Below are positions 17,301 to 23,732 of a DNA stretch of 38,216 nucleotides, piece after piece; position 1 is the stretch's first letter; each line of letters starts with the position of its first letter. Below the pieces are notes generated by a model that saw only the letters and a program-made list of their open reading frames with translations, did no database searches and was not told the origin of the DNA. Position numbers and translations under genes: made by a program. The stretch lies in IMG/VR virus record IMGVR_UViG_3300045988_060547, positions 1 through 38,216 of that record. The stretch is one strand, 5' to 3'. The stretch is from a virus.

Positions 17301-17475
17301 GCAGGGCATCTGCATAGATGTTGCTTTTGGGCAGCACTGTGCTCGATGCAGTGGACGGATTCGGCGTCTTGGTGCGGATAGCTCTCACCTTTTCCGCCGT
17401 CCACCCAGAGCTTTCTGCCGCCTTCGACGGGTTGCTTTCTCTCATTTCCTTAACTTTTTCCGCTGTCCATGCCAT
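8380..17475 (-). CDS. Giant (3,031 aa) polyvalent virion / ejection protein
   Basis: It is an uninterrupted ORF whose ATG overlaps the upstream stop. The N-terminal third is Gly/Ala-rich. An HExxH motif (VLHEDYHW) lies at aa 998-1002 (14470-14484). An LPD/PBECR-like module covers roughly aa 1190-1340. The C-terminal half is long and helical. Confidence 0.9.
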   Translation of the reverse strand: MAWTAEKVKEMRESNPSKAAESSGWTAEKVRAIRTKTPNPSTASSTVLPKSNIYADALQQYTERHSSDMGEVDARNEPSQALRASSPRVGATGVSGKFPLDAGSSVGRKMAGAATEGSGPAQQMPEAAARALDMGQKWGVPAKSGNVLENVGSGAMAYGTGPAQELRASFAKDSVPDEFDRINQWMDTGDNKNLADAVRRVDNAGIYTDADLIQKGGWTQEQINEARRMNAALDAIPAWQRGVRRTANTIGGIADTVAAAPVLGAEYGVQAGKNIDATLKNWKQVEQEVKGDEHAQSLFDLLTDMDMDYNPTWPESRNRELISMGYNSKEIREMRQRLAGLEVSDGIDKNQSVGYQLYDRGQQLTAAAQSGLSPTQRAVAGAVTSAAENLAVAGVNPAAVLPVLSAQGAAEAMGQSAEKGESAGKALGGGLAKFGAGWAINSVGAADLAKTMGSDYAKDTLAGQIADWVQGLAGSSELAQRYPAVAAAISGGIDNSMQAFAETYADMAIDAALGDSEAAKNLFTKDTFLTALESGLSGGASGALGGAVGTGLAKLNGGDASLLGQTEHYDQMDRRKRAAARQKEWEARAAEPSQPAADRSTDRALAGGEPLSQAAPAATENISGREENLSPVPSADAARERSSTESMQRADAPQAQTEGVNSSVNEAAAQSENPAVRQFAEVAASDSLTGKTIGLFTPNAENRENRAAFEQAYGVTLPDTAAATRRMLQEIAAQQNVKSEAVPAAQRAELAGEAVDVPQTVQDAPAETADAMPETAAPDNVREATAAAAETDSYENAPLRETLGLRPEAPKTQREAEVQRALEGWRVTDKAAQTISKNMPDRVDADRYAAAASPLYRLGRRGAATFAQALELAGSMSGTAADINYILSTDAGRTALEIAYTQGKGERMLYAEKMTELGGALGSESTSGRGEVYAKGTMRQESDPASQIISLNAAATGTDAVLRDVLQNDRSIRAYVDTETARIFFGDSAQDIFGTVLHEDYHWYNALDAEGARTLQEHALEYLAKSSGYESLDEMIRAKLEDYSAQSLTYEQAAEELVADAWRGIFDSEESFKRWVTFQRGQAEKNAGKSGAIHKVMEQVRQMLDGLISRAKEVLTIDPDDRAALKAKRLAEAEKRTLQDEYFAHAEKAMDNLRTAKENAAALKTESAAEKKGVRFQLHEGKDSLVERMNKNLTQLEQMETVAVIKGTEVSFGTSRKENIANVAAYFDSLGNRVERSGFGTVELTVKGARTTVQHGNSAAKQAAVGAIPEIIKNGRQIGYEKNWQGRGYDTYVFAAPVEINGARLYESVIVNSYRHDNRRAFYVHEVCWTDGSYVTLNTQGLPIKKEDTATSLPKAMLSAFADTQEVSSKQSIAQTSAERNRTDEPVKKTTRFQLAEQADRDAKQNQQRQASRVLAEKAAAFDTLNQFFGLTKNTRLSDAALESLAIRWTKTNGSRTDRTKLANETRALVEYLRSEGADMAKAQGLAETLAGEVLDEATYRNTELWDEYPDLHDLTYTVDKNGKAKAELVKRYGSWTEAVAEARRHGVKLRQAEGYRDGNPAEQYEAIVNDTRAVGGVKESAAALFRSAAQEAGVAGAAVMESTEWLDVLMNVHDTIKPKMMSRFADAAEYEDAKVELAGRMIGDIMSHPEMTDAEAVFEGILKHNREVAAMAAGSEERAAEVTKGLKSVQQAQRKAFADRMRENSRSQSAEVKSVSRAERQLNENLETLGAQVSTAAGLDEKMTALREAYEREWKAEKNRMKQARQEMLDEIKLERRQLRSQIDDLSRQVAGEQQRADRAEHQLLIQENEIMEWEAENQRKAEAWQEKQAQRNAIAIETARQQRDEDVAVAKALAEKRVQKAREGRKADELKRSIRNNAAQLNQMVLRPKPGKYVQKSLIVQAAEVAKLADMTVLNNNAVVKLTALQDSIRRSGEMDAGIHADWENSGVENLIQMLRDDMSASKQAKLDRLNKQLEEARALPDGDKAEQLRDRLRQRIRETENRTYLPMTVDQLRMLKAITASTLHMIRTENKTLSLARAEEVDSMAMKAAHEVLNSEGNGFGEKFEKAKGAMNRYQLDMLGGTRMFRRLGGYTKNGQMEKLGQMLNDGQRRQTEILVEGESLFANVTGKEHLKEVEAFAGPGAELVDIGLKDSKGNAVPLNHAQLCSLYMLLRNEDSRHHLMTGGLTLPDAVQYAKGNIERAYQRSQTVMLGTLVNADGVPMADTILQTVQDAMTDYDRAWCEDMEDFFGRYTTNLINETSMKLLGYDRATVKNYYPIAVDRSTLATEIEGVKMDATIEGRGFLKERVKSDKPILLEECQNVVKRSLRDTAAYAGLAAPIRDVQRVLNSTVETAEGIGVLKDKIIGEKWGRETVSYINDLLTDLQTRQRHRSSTMSRALDRMRGNYAGAILTVNPGVAIAQAASLPTAGAVLGADTMAAVLPFVKNFSGKQRAAVEAEIRRHGDALLQYRLRGTKRGEMSSIGAHKNLVAKASEAMPAVTGWITGMDEITVAALWEGAKRYVEHHAAEFGEGAAEKGSEAYWEAVNKMYQRVIEETQPNYTTMQRAGIQRSDNEFVKTLTMFTTQRFQNYGILADAVGDYKAQKSRYAADQSAENKAEVQRAGQSLRRAAASQAVQTAVFALMKIGADFLLHRWDREQDENGDITAASVGKRFFDLYTESAAGNFLYGAEIYSVISNAASGADYDVVSATNISAVNDLFAAFTKTAKLLRTDTGEMSEEELAAHHQKLNKAVLKDIQCGLELYGVPAANIRKVMQAFEGYWEDAQAIGRGEGFSFNSAPSSATGQYDRLYNAIQSGDSEEAAAAMKKLEQMNKTDKVDSELARRLKQYDADVLAAAEARNAGKTRAEEKARQAVFEKLREGLGVAPATDRAKGKADAARRAQLIDVVNKAVDGKADELLAGSKDGGIYDALLDEVKNGRAKDAQEELDRLMTAGKDKGSIKSKITEAVKEEYLAGSDGDRERLEKKLLALEEADGNPLYEEKNFAQWVKDADKKAEKAKNEKNWWEGVK

Positions 17476-18800
17476 CAGCCCTTCACCCCCGCCTTCTCAA
17501 GCGCTCTTGCGATTTCTTCATCGCTGTACCCGTTCTGGTTCATATTGTTCATGATAGCCCACGCGCTATAACCTTTTTTCGCATAGTTCTTTGCCAGCAT
17601 TTCCGCCATATCTACGCCGCCGCTCTGGCTTGCGCTCTGGACGTTCGCAGTATCCGCATTGAGCCACCCATTATCCGTTAAGGTCTTCTTGTAAAAATCG
17701 TACAGCGGCTCATTTCCCTTCATAGAAGAAAATGTCTTTGCCATACTTTGCAGTTGGCTGTTCGTCCAGCTGTTTCCGCTGCCTTTCGTGCTGCTGCTCC
17801 TTCTGCCCGAAGACCCGCCCGAGCTCCCTGCGCTCTTTTTCGCCAGCGCCGTTGCAAGCTGCCGTCCTGCGATCGTCCTGTAATTCCCCACAGAGTTTGG
17901 ATCCAGGCCGTACAGTTCCAGCACCGCCCGTGCAGCCTCGTCGCTGCCGCCGCCTGCCAGCCCGGCTGCGGTCGTGAGCGCACCCGCCTTGTCTGCGCGG
18001 GTGATGGGTGCGCCGCTGTAATTGTCAAAAATGCCGGTGTCCAGACCATACCGGCCCAGAACGGCGTTCGCGGCATCGCCCGCTCCCTGCTGGTACAGGT
18101 TGAACGCCTGCTCGTAGGCATTCAGTGCATCGCTCTGGCCGGTGCGCTCTTTGTTGTACTCCCACTGTTCCCGGGCAAACTCGTTCTCCCACTGCTGCTG
18201 GGTGTAGCCCTTGTAGGTGTCGTAGGCCGTCAGACCGGCTCTGCCCACACTCTTCGCCATCTCCCACAGGTTCGAGAGAAAGTCGCTCTTCTCCTGCGCC
18301 GCCTGATCTGCCCGGCTCTTCTTGTAGTCCCTCCAGTCCTGCGCGTTGGCCACAGCCCCCTGATGCTCCGCCGCCTCAAGGCTGTCCTGATTCTGCAGCG
18401 CACTCAGCAGCCCCGAGAGGCCGTTCTGCTTCAGCTGGTACATGGTCAGGGCCTTGTCCCGCAGCCCGGCCAGCCCGCTGTCCACGTTCGCCATGGCCTG
18501 CTGGTAGCCCTGCTGGGCCACACTGTTTGCGTAGCTCGAGCCGTACCCGCCGCTCAGCGCGGCAGCGCCCGCAGCGGCGTTCTCAGCCGCCGCCCTGGCA
18601 TTCGCCTGCGCGCCCGCGCGGTACTGCCGGTAGAGTTCGCTGTCCGTGCCTACGTCATAGCCCGCATTGCTGGCTGCGCCCATGCTGTCCAGTGCCTCGT
18701 TGATCCGGTTGCCGTAGTTGCTCTGGTACGCCCCCGGCATCGCGTTCTCCGCTTCCTTCTGTGCCGCCTGCGCGTTCCTGTATCTCTTAAAAACTCCCAT
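17475..18800 (-). CDS. Putative internal virion / ejection protein (441 aa)
   Basis: The product is Q/N/A/G-rich and carries SGGYGSSY. Its N-terminal region is paralogous to the 193-aa protein upstream. The gene is translationally coupled to the giant gene. Confidence 0.55.
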   Translation of the reverse strand: MGVFKRYRNAQAAQKEAENAMPGAYQSNYGNRINEALDSMGAASNAGYDVGTDSELYRQYRAGAQANARAAAENAAAGAAALSGGYGSSYANSVAQQGYQQAMANVDSGLAGLRDKALTMYQLKQNGLSGLLSALQNQDSLEAAEHQGAVANAQDWRDYKKSRADQAAQEKSDFLSNLWEMAKSVGRAGLTAYDTYKGYTQQQWENEFAREQWEYNKERTGQSDALNAYEQAFNLYQQGAGDAANAVLGRYGLDTGIFDNYSGAPITRADKAGALTTAAGLAGGGSDEAARAVLELYGLDPNSVGNYRTIAGRQLATALAKKSAGSSGGSSGRRSSSTKGSGNSWTNSQLQSMAKTFSSMKGNEPLYDFYKKTLTDNGWLNADTANVQSASQSGGVDMAEMLAKNYAKKGYSAWAIMNNMNQNGYSDEEIARALEKAGVKG

Positions 18801-18823
18801 TTTCTAATCTCCTTTCCTCTTAG

Positions 18824-18871
18824 CCTCCCCTTATTAGGGGAGGTGTCGCGCCGTCAGGCGTGACGGAGAGG
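18824..18871 (-). repeat. Bipartite hairpin element copy 2 (BHE-2)
   Basis: CCTCCCC (18824-18830) pairs with GGGGAGG (18837-18843). GTCGCGCC (18845-18852) pairs with GGCGTGAC (18857-18864). GGAGAGG follows at 18865-18871. The element lies 24 nt upstream of the 441-aa gene start. Confidence 0.85.
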
Positions 18872-18912
18872 TTTTTGACCGCTCAGCCCCTTCCGGGCTG
18901 GGCGCTTTTTCT

Positions 18913-19494
18913 TTACAACAGAAACGGCAGCAGGCTTGCGGCAACGCTCAGGATCGTCCCAAAGAGGCCCGTCCCCCGGCTCTTCTTCGCCTGGCTTTCG
19001 CTGGCCGCCTGATTGTACGCGCTCTGATAGTAGTTGCGCTGGTTCTCCCAGTTCTGGTAGTTGGTCTGGTACTTCTCGTAGTCCTGCGCCTCGGCCTGCT
19101 GGTATCCGCTCAGCTGGTTCTGCAGGTCGCTCTTTTTCTGGGTGTACTGGTTCAGCGCCTGGCTGTACAGACCGTTCGTGGCGCTGCTCAGGCCCGCCAT
19201 GGCGTTCTGGTAGGCGCTCTGACCCGCCTGGGTGCCGTAGCTGGAGCCGTACCCGCCCGAGATGGCGCTGGCGTTGGCCTGGGCGTTCTCGTTAGCCAGC
19301 TTCGCCTGCCGGGTGTAGCTGTTCTTATACTGCTCGTAGGCCGCATCCCGGGTGGGGTCGTAGCTAAAATCCTTCATCCCGTCCAGCTTGCCCATCACGC
19401 CGTCGATCTTGTCCTTGTATTTGCTGGTGTAGTCGCCCGGCTTCTTCGCCTCCCAAGCATCCAGCTGCACTCTCGCATCGCTCACTCTGCTCAT
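18913..19494 (-). CDS. Putative internal virion / ejection protein (193 aa) with a C-terminal TM segment
   Basis: The product carries SGGYGSSYGTQAGQSAYQNAMAGL and is paralogous to the 441-aa protein. It ends in GLFGTILSVAASLLPFLL. A GGAGGA SD is present. Confidence 0.55.
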   Translation of the reverse strand: MSRVSDARVQLDAWEAKKPGDYTSKYKDKIDGVMGKLDGMKDFSYDPTRDAAYEQYKNSYTRQAKLANENAQANASAISGGYGSSYGTQAGQSAYQNAMAGLSSATNGLYSQALNQYTQKKSDLQNQLSGYQQAEAQDYEKYQTNYQNWENQRNYYQSAYNQAASESQAKKSRGTGLFGTILSVAASLLPFLL

Positions 19495-19518
19495 GTTCTC
19501 TGTCCTCCTGTCAATGTG

Positions 19519-19707
19519 TTATTTCAGCTTCTCCTGCAGATCCCCCGCAAGGTTCTCCGTGTCAATGTTGCTCAAAATGTATTCCAGCTGCTCCTGCATC
19601 TGGTACAGATAATTTCTCAGCTCCCGGGCGCTGGCCGTATCCAGCCCATCCAGCCTCGGCATGGAGATCTTCGAAAGTCCCACAATGCTAGCCACGTCTC
19701 GGCACAC
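19519..19707 (-). CDS. Small helical protein, unknown function (start uncertain)
   Basis: The product is 62 aa or shorter and contains ...ARELRNYLYQMQEQLEYILSNIDTENL... The GTG start abuts its SD. An internal ATG at 19662 is possible. Confidence 0.4.
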   Translation of the reverse strand: MCRDVASIVGLSKISMPRLDGLDTASARELRNYLYQMQEQLEYILSNIDTENLAGDLQEKLK

Positions 19708-21553
19708 CTCCGTTCACTCTTCCGCCCTCGCTGCTGCTCAGCGTCATGGCGATGCTCCTCACTGCGATCTGCCCTTTTCCGGTCAGGCGCAGCCGCATGG
19801 TGTCGTGCCGGGTCGGGACAAAGGGCAGGTTCACCTGCACCCGCCTGTCCCGGGTGTCCACCCGGCCCTTTTCTTCCCACTCGCCGCCGTCGAAGCTGGC
19901 CCACAGCGTCACTACGGTCCGCTCCATCGCGTCCAGCCGCACCGTCACCCGGCTGCAGTACTTGTCGTCCGGATCTCCGAGTCCGATGTCTCCGGTCACG
20001 GCCTCGTATTCCACCGTGTCCTCTTCGCCGCCGGCTTCCCGGCTCCCGTCTGCGGCCCAGATGGCCTCTTTGTCCCAGAGGTAGAGCTGCCGCCCGGTGG
20101 AGCACATGGCCCAGCCGGTGGCGTCCTCCTCGTGCCAGAGTCCCTTTTCTGTGTCGTAGACCAGCAGCCGCTGCCCGCCGGGGCTTTCGGTGTGCAGGTA
20201 GTACCGTCCCACCAGCCCGCCGGCGGCCGCTCTTGTCACCCGGCTCATGGCCGTCTCGTCCAGCGAGGCCGACACCTTGGTGGGCAGGCTGCCGTCCCAC
20301 GCCATGACGCCGTCCATCGAGAGGTAGTACAGTGTCTCGTTGATGACGCAGAGGCTCTGGTGGGCGCCCTTGGCCACGCCCGAGCACTGGATGCTGCTCA
20401 TCTGGTAGTCGCTGGGCTTGGTGCCGTAGAGCTTGTGTAAGCCGTTCTCCTTGAAGAAAAGCACGTATCCCATGCAGGTAGCCGCGCCGGTAAAGGCTCC
20501 GTCGCTGCCCACGGTCACGGCATAGCTGTCCGCTGCCGTGCCGCGATAGGAGAACCAGTTGGTGGCGTCACCCAGCTTGCAGGCATAGATGACGTTCTCG
20601 GTGCTCGAGCAGCCCCAGACACGGTTGTTGTGCTCTGTCAGCCAGTCCAGATCCGGCACCCGCCGCTGGGCCGTCACGTCCGGGAAAGGCCCGTCGAAGG
20701 TCTGGGTGGTCTTGCCGTCCATGGCCGTCCACACCACGCTCTGCCCCGTCACCACACAGGTGCCGTAGTACAAAACGCTCTCAATGTCCGGCGCGATGGA
20801 GAGGATCACCGAGTCCCCGGCCACGTCGTCCACCACCACGTCCCCGCCGAAATCGGCGGAATAGGCGTTCTTCACCACGCCGGGGATGCCCGTCAGGGTC
20901 ACAGTGTCCCCAGCCTTGAACGCTTTGCCCAGCCCCTCGCAGGTCACGCGGCAGTAGTTCAGCAGGATGTTCTGCCACCCGCCCGCCGTGCTGTAGAGCT
21001 TCAGGGCGTCGCGGTAGCTCCACGGGGCATCTTCGGCCTGCTTGAGCCAGACGTCGCCGTTCTCGGGGTTTTCCGGCTCGGTCGCGCCGAATTTGTTCGG
21101 CGTGTACACCACGCCCGCAGCGTCGCAGGGGGTCACAGTCAGGCTTTTACCTCCCTGCTGCCAGCCGGATCCCAGCGCGCTCAGCGTCCCCGCTGCGGTA
21201 TCAAAGGACATCTTATCCGGCCAGATGAGCACTTTGGTCCCCATGCCCACCATCTTCTTCTCGCCGTCCGTCAGGGCGTCCTTCAGCTCCACGGTGTCGC
21301 CGCCGTCATCCGGGGCATACCGCAGAGTCGTGCCTTCCACGGTCACAAGGCCGTTCAGGTGGTACATCCCGTTCATTCCGGCTGCATCCCGCACTTTCCG
21401 CCGGGGCTTACGGGTCTCGAGGGCCGGGTATCCCCGCGAAGAAAAGTTCTTCTCCTTGCTCAGCTCTGCCTCGCTGCACGCATACCCCTCGTTCAGCCCG
21501 CCGAATGCCCGCAGCAGCTGCCGCTGACTGTTGATCTGGTTCAGGTTCGTCAC
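19688..21553 (-). CDS. Large tail structural protein (nozzle / tubular-protein-B-like, beta-rich)
   Basis: The product is 621 aa counted from GTG 21553, which overlaps the upstream stop (GTGA) and has a GGGAGG SD. Repeated beta-strand-like segments are present (LYYLSMDGVMAWDG, LYLWDKEAIWA). The call rests mainly on position and size. Confidence 0.45.
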   Translation of the reverse strand: MTNLNQINSQRQLLRAFGGLNEGYACSEAELSKEKNFSSRGYPALETRKPRRKVRDAAGMNGMYHLNGLVTVEGTTLRYAPDDGGDTVELKDALTDGEKKMVGMGTKVLIWPDKMSFDTAAGTLSALGSGWQQGGKSLTVTPCDAAGVVYTPNKFGATEPENPENGDVWLKQAEDAPWSYRDALKLYSTAGGWQNILLNYCRVTCEGLGKAFKAGDTVTLTGIPGVVKNAYSADFGGDVVVDDVAGDSVILSIAPDIESVLYYGTCVVTGQSVVWTAMDGKTTQTFDGPFPDVTAQRRVPDLDWLTEHNNRVWGCSSTENVIYACKLGDATNWFSYRGTAADSYAVTVGSDGAFTGAATCMGYVLFFKENGLHKLYGTKPSDYQMSSIQCSGVAKGAHQSLCVINETLYYLSMDGVMAWDGSLPTKVSASLDETAMSRVTRAAAGGLVGRYYLHTESPGGQRLLVYDTEKGLWHEEDATGWAMCSTGRQLYLWDKEAIWAADGSREAGGEEDTVEYEAVTGDIGLGDPDDKYCSRVTVRLDAMERTVVTLWASFDGGEWEEKGRVDTRDRRVQVNLPFVPTRHDTMRLRLTGKGQIAVRSIAMTLSSSEGGRVNGGVPRRG

Positions 21554-21936
21554 GTCATCAGCCTCCCGCCGCCTACCGGCATATAATTTCGCCTCACCCA
21601 CGCCGCAAACTCCTGCACATAGCTCGTGTAGAGCTGCAATTCGTTCGCCGCCCGGGCTGTCTCGCCGAGGGCGAGGTCCATCTGCGCCGCCAGCCAGTGG
21701 GGGTAGAGCGCTTCCGCCGCGCCGTCTGCCAGCAGCGGCGTGTCGTATTCCAACCCCTCCTCCCACAAAATATCCGCGCCGCGGCCCTCAAAGTCGCCGT
21801 CGGTGTCGCTGCGCTCCACCACGCTCCGGCGTAAGCCGCTGTCGGCCTGCCGCAGCCACAGCTGCTTCATCTCGTCTGAAAAGCTGTTGTTCGGCCTCAG
21901 CTCGTCGGCCATCTTTATCGCTTCGCCTGCTGTCAT
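21550..21936 (-). CDS. Possible head-tail adaptor (128 aa)
   Basis: The start was set at ATG 21936, preceded by GGAGGT. The gene lies between the capsid-associated gene and the large tail protein. The call is from synteny only. Confidence 0.4.
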   Translation of the reverse strand: MTAGEAIKMADELRPNNSFSDEMKQLWLRQADSGLRRSVVERSDTDGDFEGRGADILWEEGLEYDTPLLADGAAEALYPHWLAAQMDLALGETARAANELQLYTSYVQEFAAWVRRNYMPVGGGRLMT

Positions 21937-21998
21937 AAAACCTCCAAAACAAAATCCCCCGGCGCAGCAAGCGCCTGCAAGCTGTACCGGGGGAAATA

Positions 21999-22340
21999 TC
22001 AAATGGTCATCATCTGGGTTCCGGCCGCCGCCTGCATGGCCTGGCTCTTCCGAGCCGCCTCGGCGTCCTGCTTGATGCTGTGCTCCAGCACCTCGGCCAC
22101 CGCTTTCGGCACCTTCACGTCGATGCCGCGCTGGATGAGGTAGCTGTCGCCGTTGACGCCCACGAACACCGGCGCCGAGTAGCGGTCGTCATCCTTGAAC
22201 AGGTGGATGGTCACCATGCCGTCGTCCTTTGCTTCGCCCTTTGCTTCGGCCTTCTCTTCGGCCTTTGCCTCGGTCTTCTCCACAGTCTCCACCGCGTTCT
22301 CCACGGCATCCGCCGCAGCAGTCTCTTTCTTAGTCGCCAT
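21999..22340 (-). CDS. Capsid-associated small protein (113 aa), unknown function
   Basis: The N-terminus is Ala/Glu/Lys-rich, followed by VTIHLFKDDDRYSAPVFVGVNGDSYLIQRGIDVKVPKAVAEVLEHS. The gene lies directly downstream of the capsid gene. Confidence 0.55.
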   Translation of the reverse strand: MATKKETAAADAVENAVETVEKTEAKAEEKAEAKGEAKDDGMVTIHLFKDDDRYSAPVFVGVNGDSYLIQRGIDVKVPKAVAEVLEHSIKQDAEAARKSQAMQAAAGTQMMTI

Positions 22341-22391
22341 AGTATCCTTCTTTCTGCCCTCTGTCGCAGGGCTATTCCTTTTGCGCTATAG

Positions 22392-22434
22392 CCTCTCCCT
22401 TTGGGAGAGGTGTCACCGTAGGTGACGGAGAGGG
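22392..22434 (-). repeat. Bipartite hairpin element copy 3 (BHE-3)
   Basis: CCTCTCCC (22392-22399) pairs with GGGAGAGG (22403-22410). GTCACC (22412-22417) pairs with GGTGAC (22421-22426). GGAGAGGG follows at 22427-22434. Confidence 0.85.
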
Positions 22435-22530
22435 CAAGCCCGTTGCGATAGCGCTATCATGCGTCGATAAGCAGGCTCTTTGTCAGAGCTATACTATCCG
22501 CCGCGTCCATGCCTATCTGTCAGCATCCTT

Positions 22531-22575
22531 GCCCTCTCAGGCCACTTCGTGTCCAGCTCTCCCAAAGGGAGAGCC
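22531..22575 (+). repeat. Bipartite hairpin element copy 4 (BHE-4), inverted orientation
   Basis: The + strand reads GCCCTCTCAG-GGCCAC/GTGTCC-CA-GCTCTCCC-AAA-GGGAGAGC. Its reverse complement aligns along the full length of copy 3. Confidence 0.8.
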
Positions 22576-22587
22576 ATCAGAGGTGCG

Positions 22588-23580
22588 TCAGTTCGCCTTC
22601 GCCTTCGCGCTGTACTTCGGGCTGACGCTCTCGATGCGCACCATGTACTGCTCACACAGCCGCTCTGCGGTCTTGATAGCCTTCCAGCCCACGGACGCGC
22701 GCTGGTTCAGCGGGTCTTCGCCTGCGCCCAGCTGCTTGACGATGTGCTGCAGGCCGCCGCCCTCCACCTCGGTCACAGCGTAGGCGTGAGCCGCCAGCAC
22801 CAGCGTACCGAACACGGCCAGACCGCTCGGGCAGCCGGTGCCGGTCCAGATCTTCGCCTCGCTGGTCTCGATGAAGCGCACACCGGCCAGCTTGCCGATC
22901 TCGCCGTTGTAGATGTTCTCGGGGGTAGAGTACTTGTGGACGTCGATCCACTCCGGGTTGCGGCGCAGGTCATAGGCCACATAGGGGTGGACGATGGCCA
23001 CATAGCTCTCGCCGATGGCGTCGGCATTCTGGGCCTTCAGGGCAGTGGCCGCCTGGTCGATAAGATCCGGCGTCAGCACACTGGCAGTGGTCAGGTTGGC
23101 GCGGCTGGTCACAGCAGTGTCGCCCGCCGGGGCGTAGATGACATTGGTGCCGCCCGCCAGCACCTCACGGGTCACGGTGTCCAGCGTGCGGCCTGCCTGA
23201 GACGCCAGCACCTTGGTGGCCTGGGTGATGTTGTTGTCGATGGCGGTCAGCTGCAGCACGTCGGTGATGGCTGCCCAGCCGCCGTACTGCTTCACGGTGG
23301 CGGTCATGGGGGTGACGGTCAGGGCCTGAGCATTGGGGGTCACGCCCTCGGTCAGCGGTTCGGTAGCCTTGGGCAGGCTCTCGTACTTGCGGAACTCGAT
23401 GGTCTTGCCGTTGTTGGCCGGGATGGGGTACTTGTCGCCGAACTGGTCATGCACCAGCAGCGGCTCTGCCTGATCCAGCAGACGCTTCTCGTAGTAGGTC
23501 TTCATTTCGGCGCTCATGCCAGTCGCGCCGGTGTGGTTTGCAGGCTGCGCAAACAGCTGCAGATTCATGTGGTTCTTCAT
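22588..23580 (-). CDS. Major capsid protein, N4-gp56 / HK97-fold type, with an N-terminal LQLFA propeptide motif
   Basis: The 330-aa product begins MKNHMNLQLFAQPAN and continues TYYEKRLLDQAEPLLVHDQFG...NNGKTIEFRKYESLP...PLTEGVTP. Confidence 0.85.
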   Translation of the reverse strand: MKNHMNLQLFAQPANHTGATGMSAEMKTYYEKRLLDQAEPLLVHDQFGDKYPIPANNGKTIEFRKYESLPKATEPLTEGVTPNAQALTVTPMTATVKQYGGWAAITDVLQLTAIDNNITQATKVLASQAGRTLDTVTREVLAGGTNVIYAPAGDTAVTSRANLTTASVLTPDLIDQAATALKAQNADAIGESYVAIVHPYVAYDLRRNPEWIDVHKYSTPENIYNGEIGKLAGVRFIETSEAKIWTGTGCPSGLAVFGTLVLAAHAYAVTEVEGGGLQHIVKQLGAGEDPLNQRASVGWKAIKTAERLCEQYMVRIESVSPKYSAKAKAN

Positions 23581-23642
23581 GTTTCTTACTCCCTTCGTTT
23601 ACTCTTGTGCTTTATTGAGAGCCGCCATTTCCTTTAAGAAAG

Positions 23643-23705
23643 GCTCTCCTTTCTAGGAGAGCTGCTTTGCAGCGCCGCCGTCAGGCGGACTGCAAAGCTG
23701 AGAGG
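23643..23705 (-). repeat. Bipartite hairpin element copy 5 (BHE-5)
   Basis: GCTCTCC (23643-23649) pairs with GGAGAGC (23656-23662). The second hairpin and the CTGAGAGG box are identical to copy 1. The element lies 63 nt upstream of the capsid start. Confidence 0.85.
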
Positions 23706-23732
23706 TTTCCTCCGGGCAGCGGCAGCTTTCGG

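Noticed and set aside
8380-17475. The giant protein as an N4-like virion RNA polymerase, an idea prompted by the N4-gp56-type capsid and its size.
   Set aside because: I could not find the T7-like polymerase motifs by eye. The recognisable pieces (HExxH, an LPD/PBECR-like module, coiled coils) fit a polyvalent or ejection protein instead. Only a profile search could settle it.
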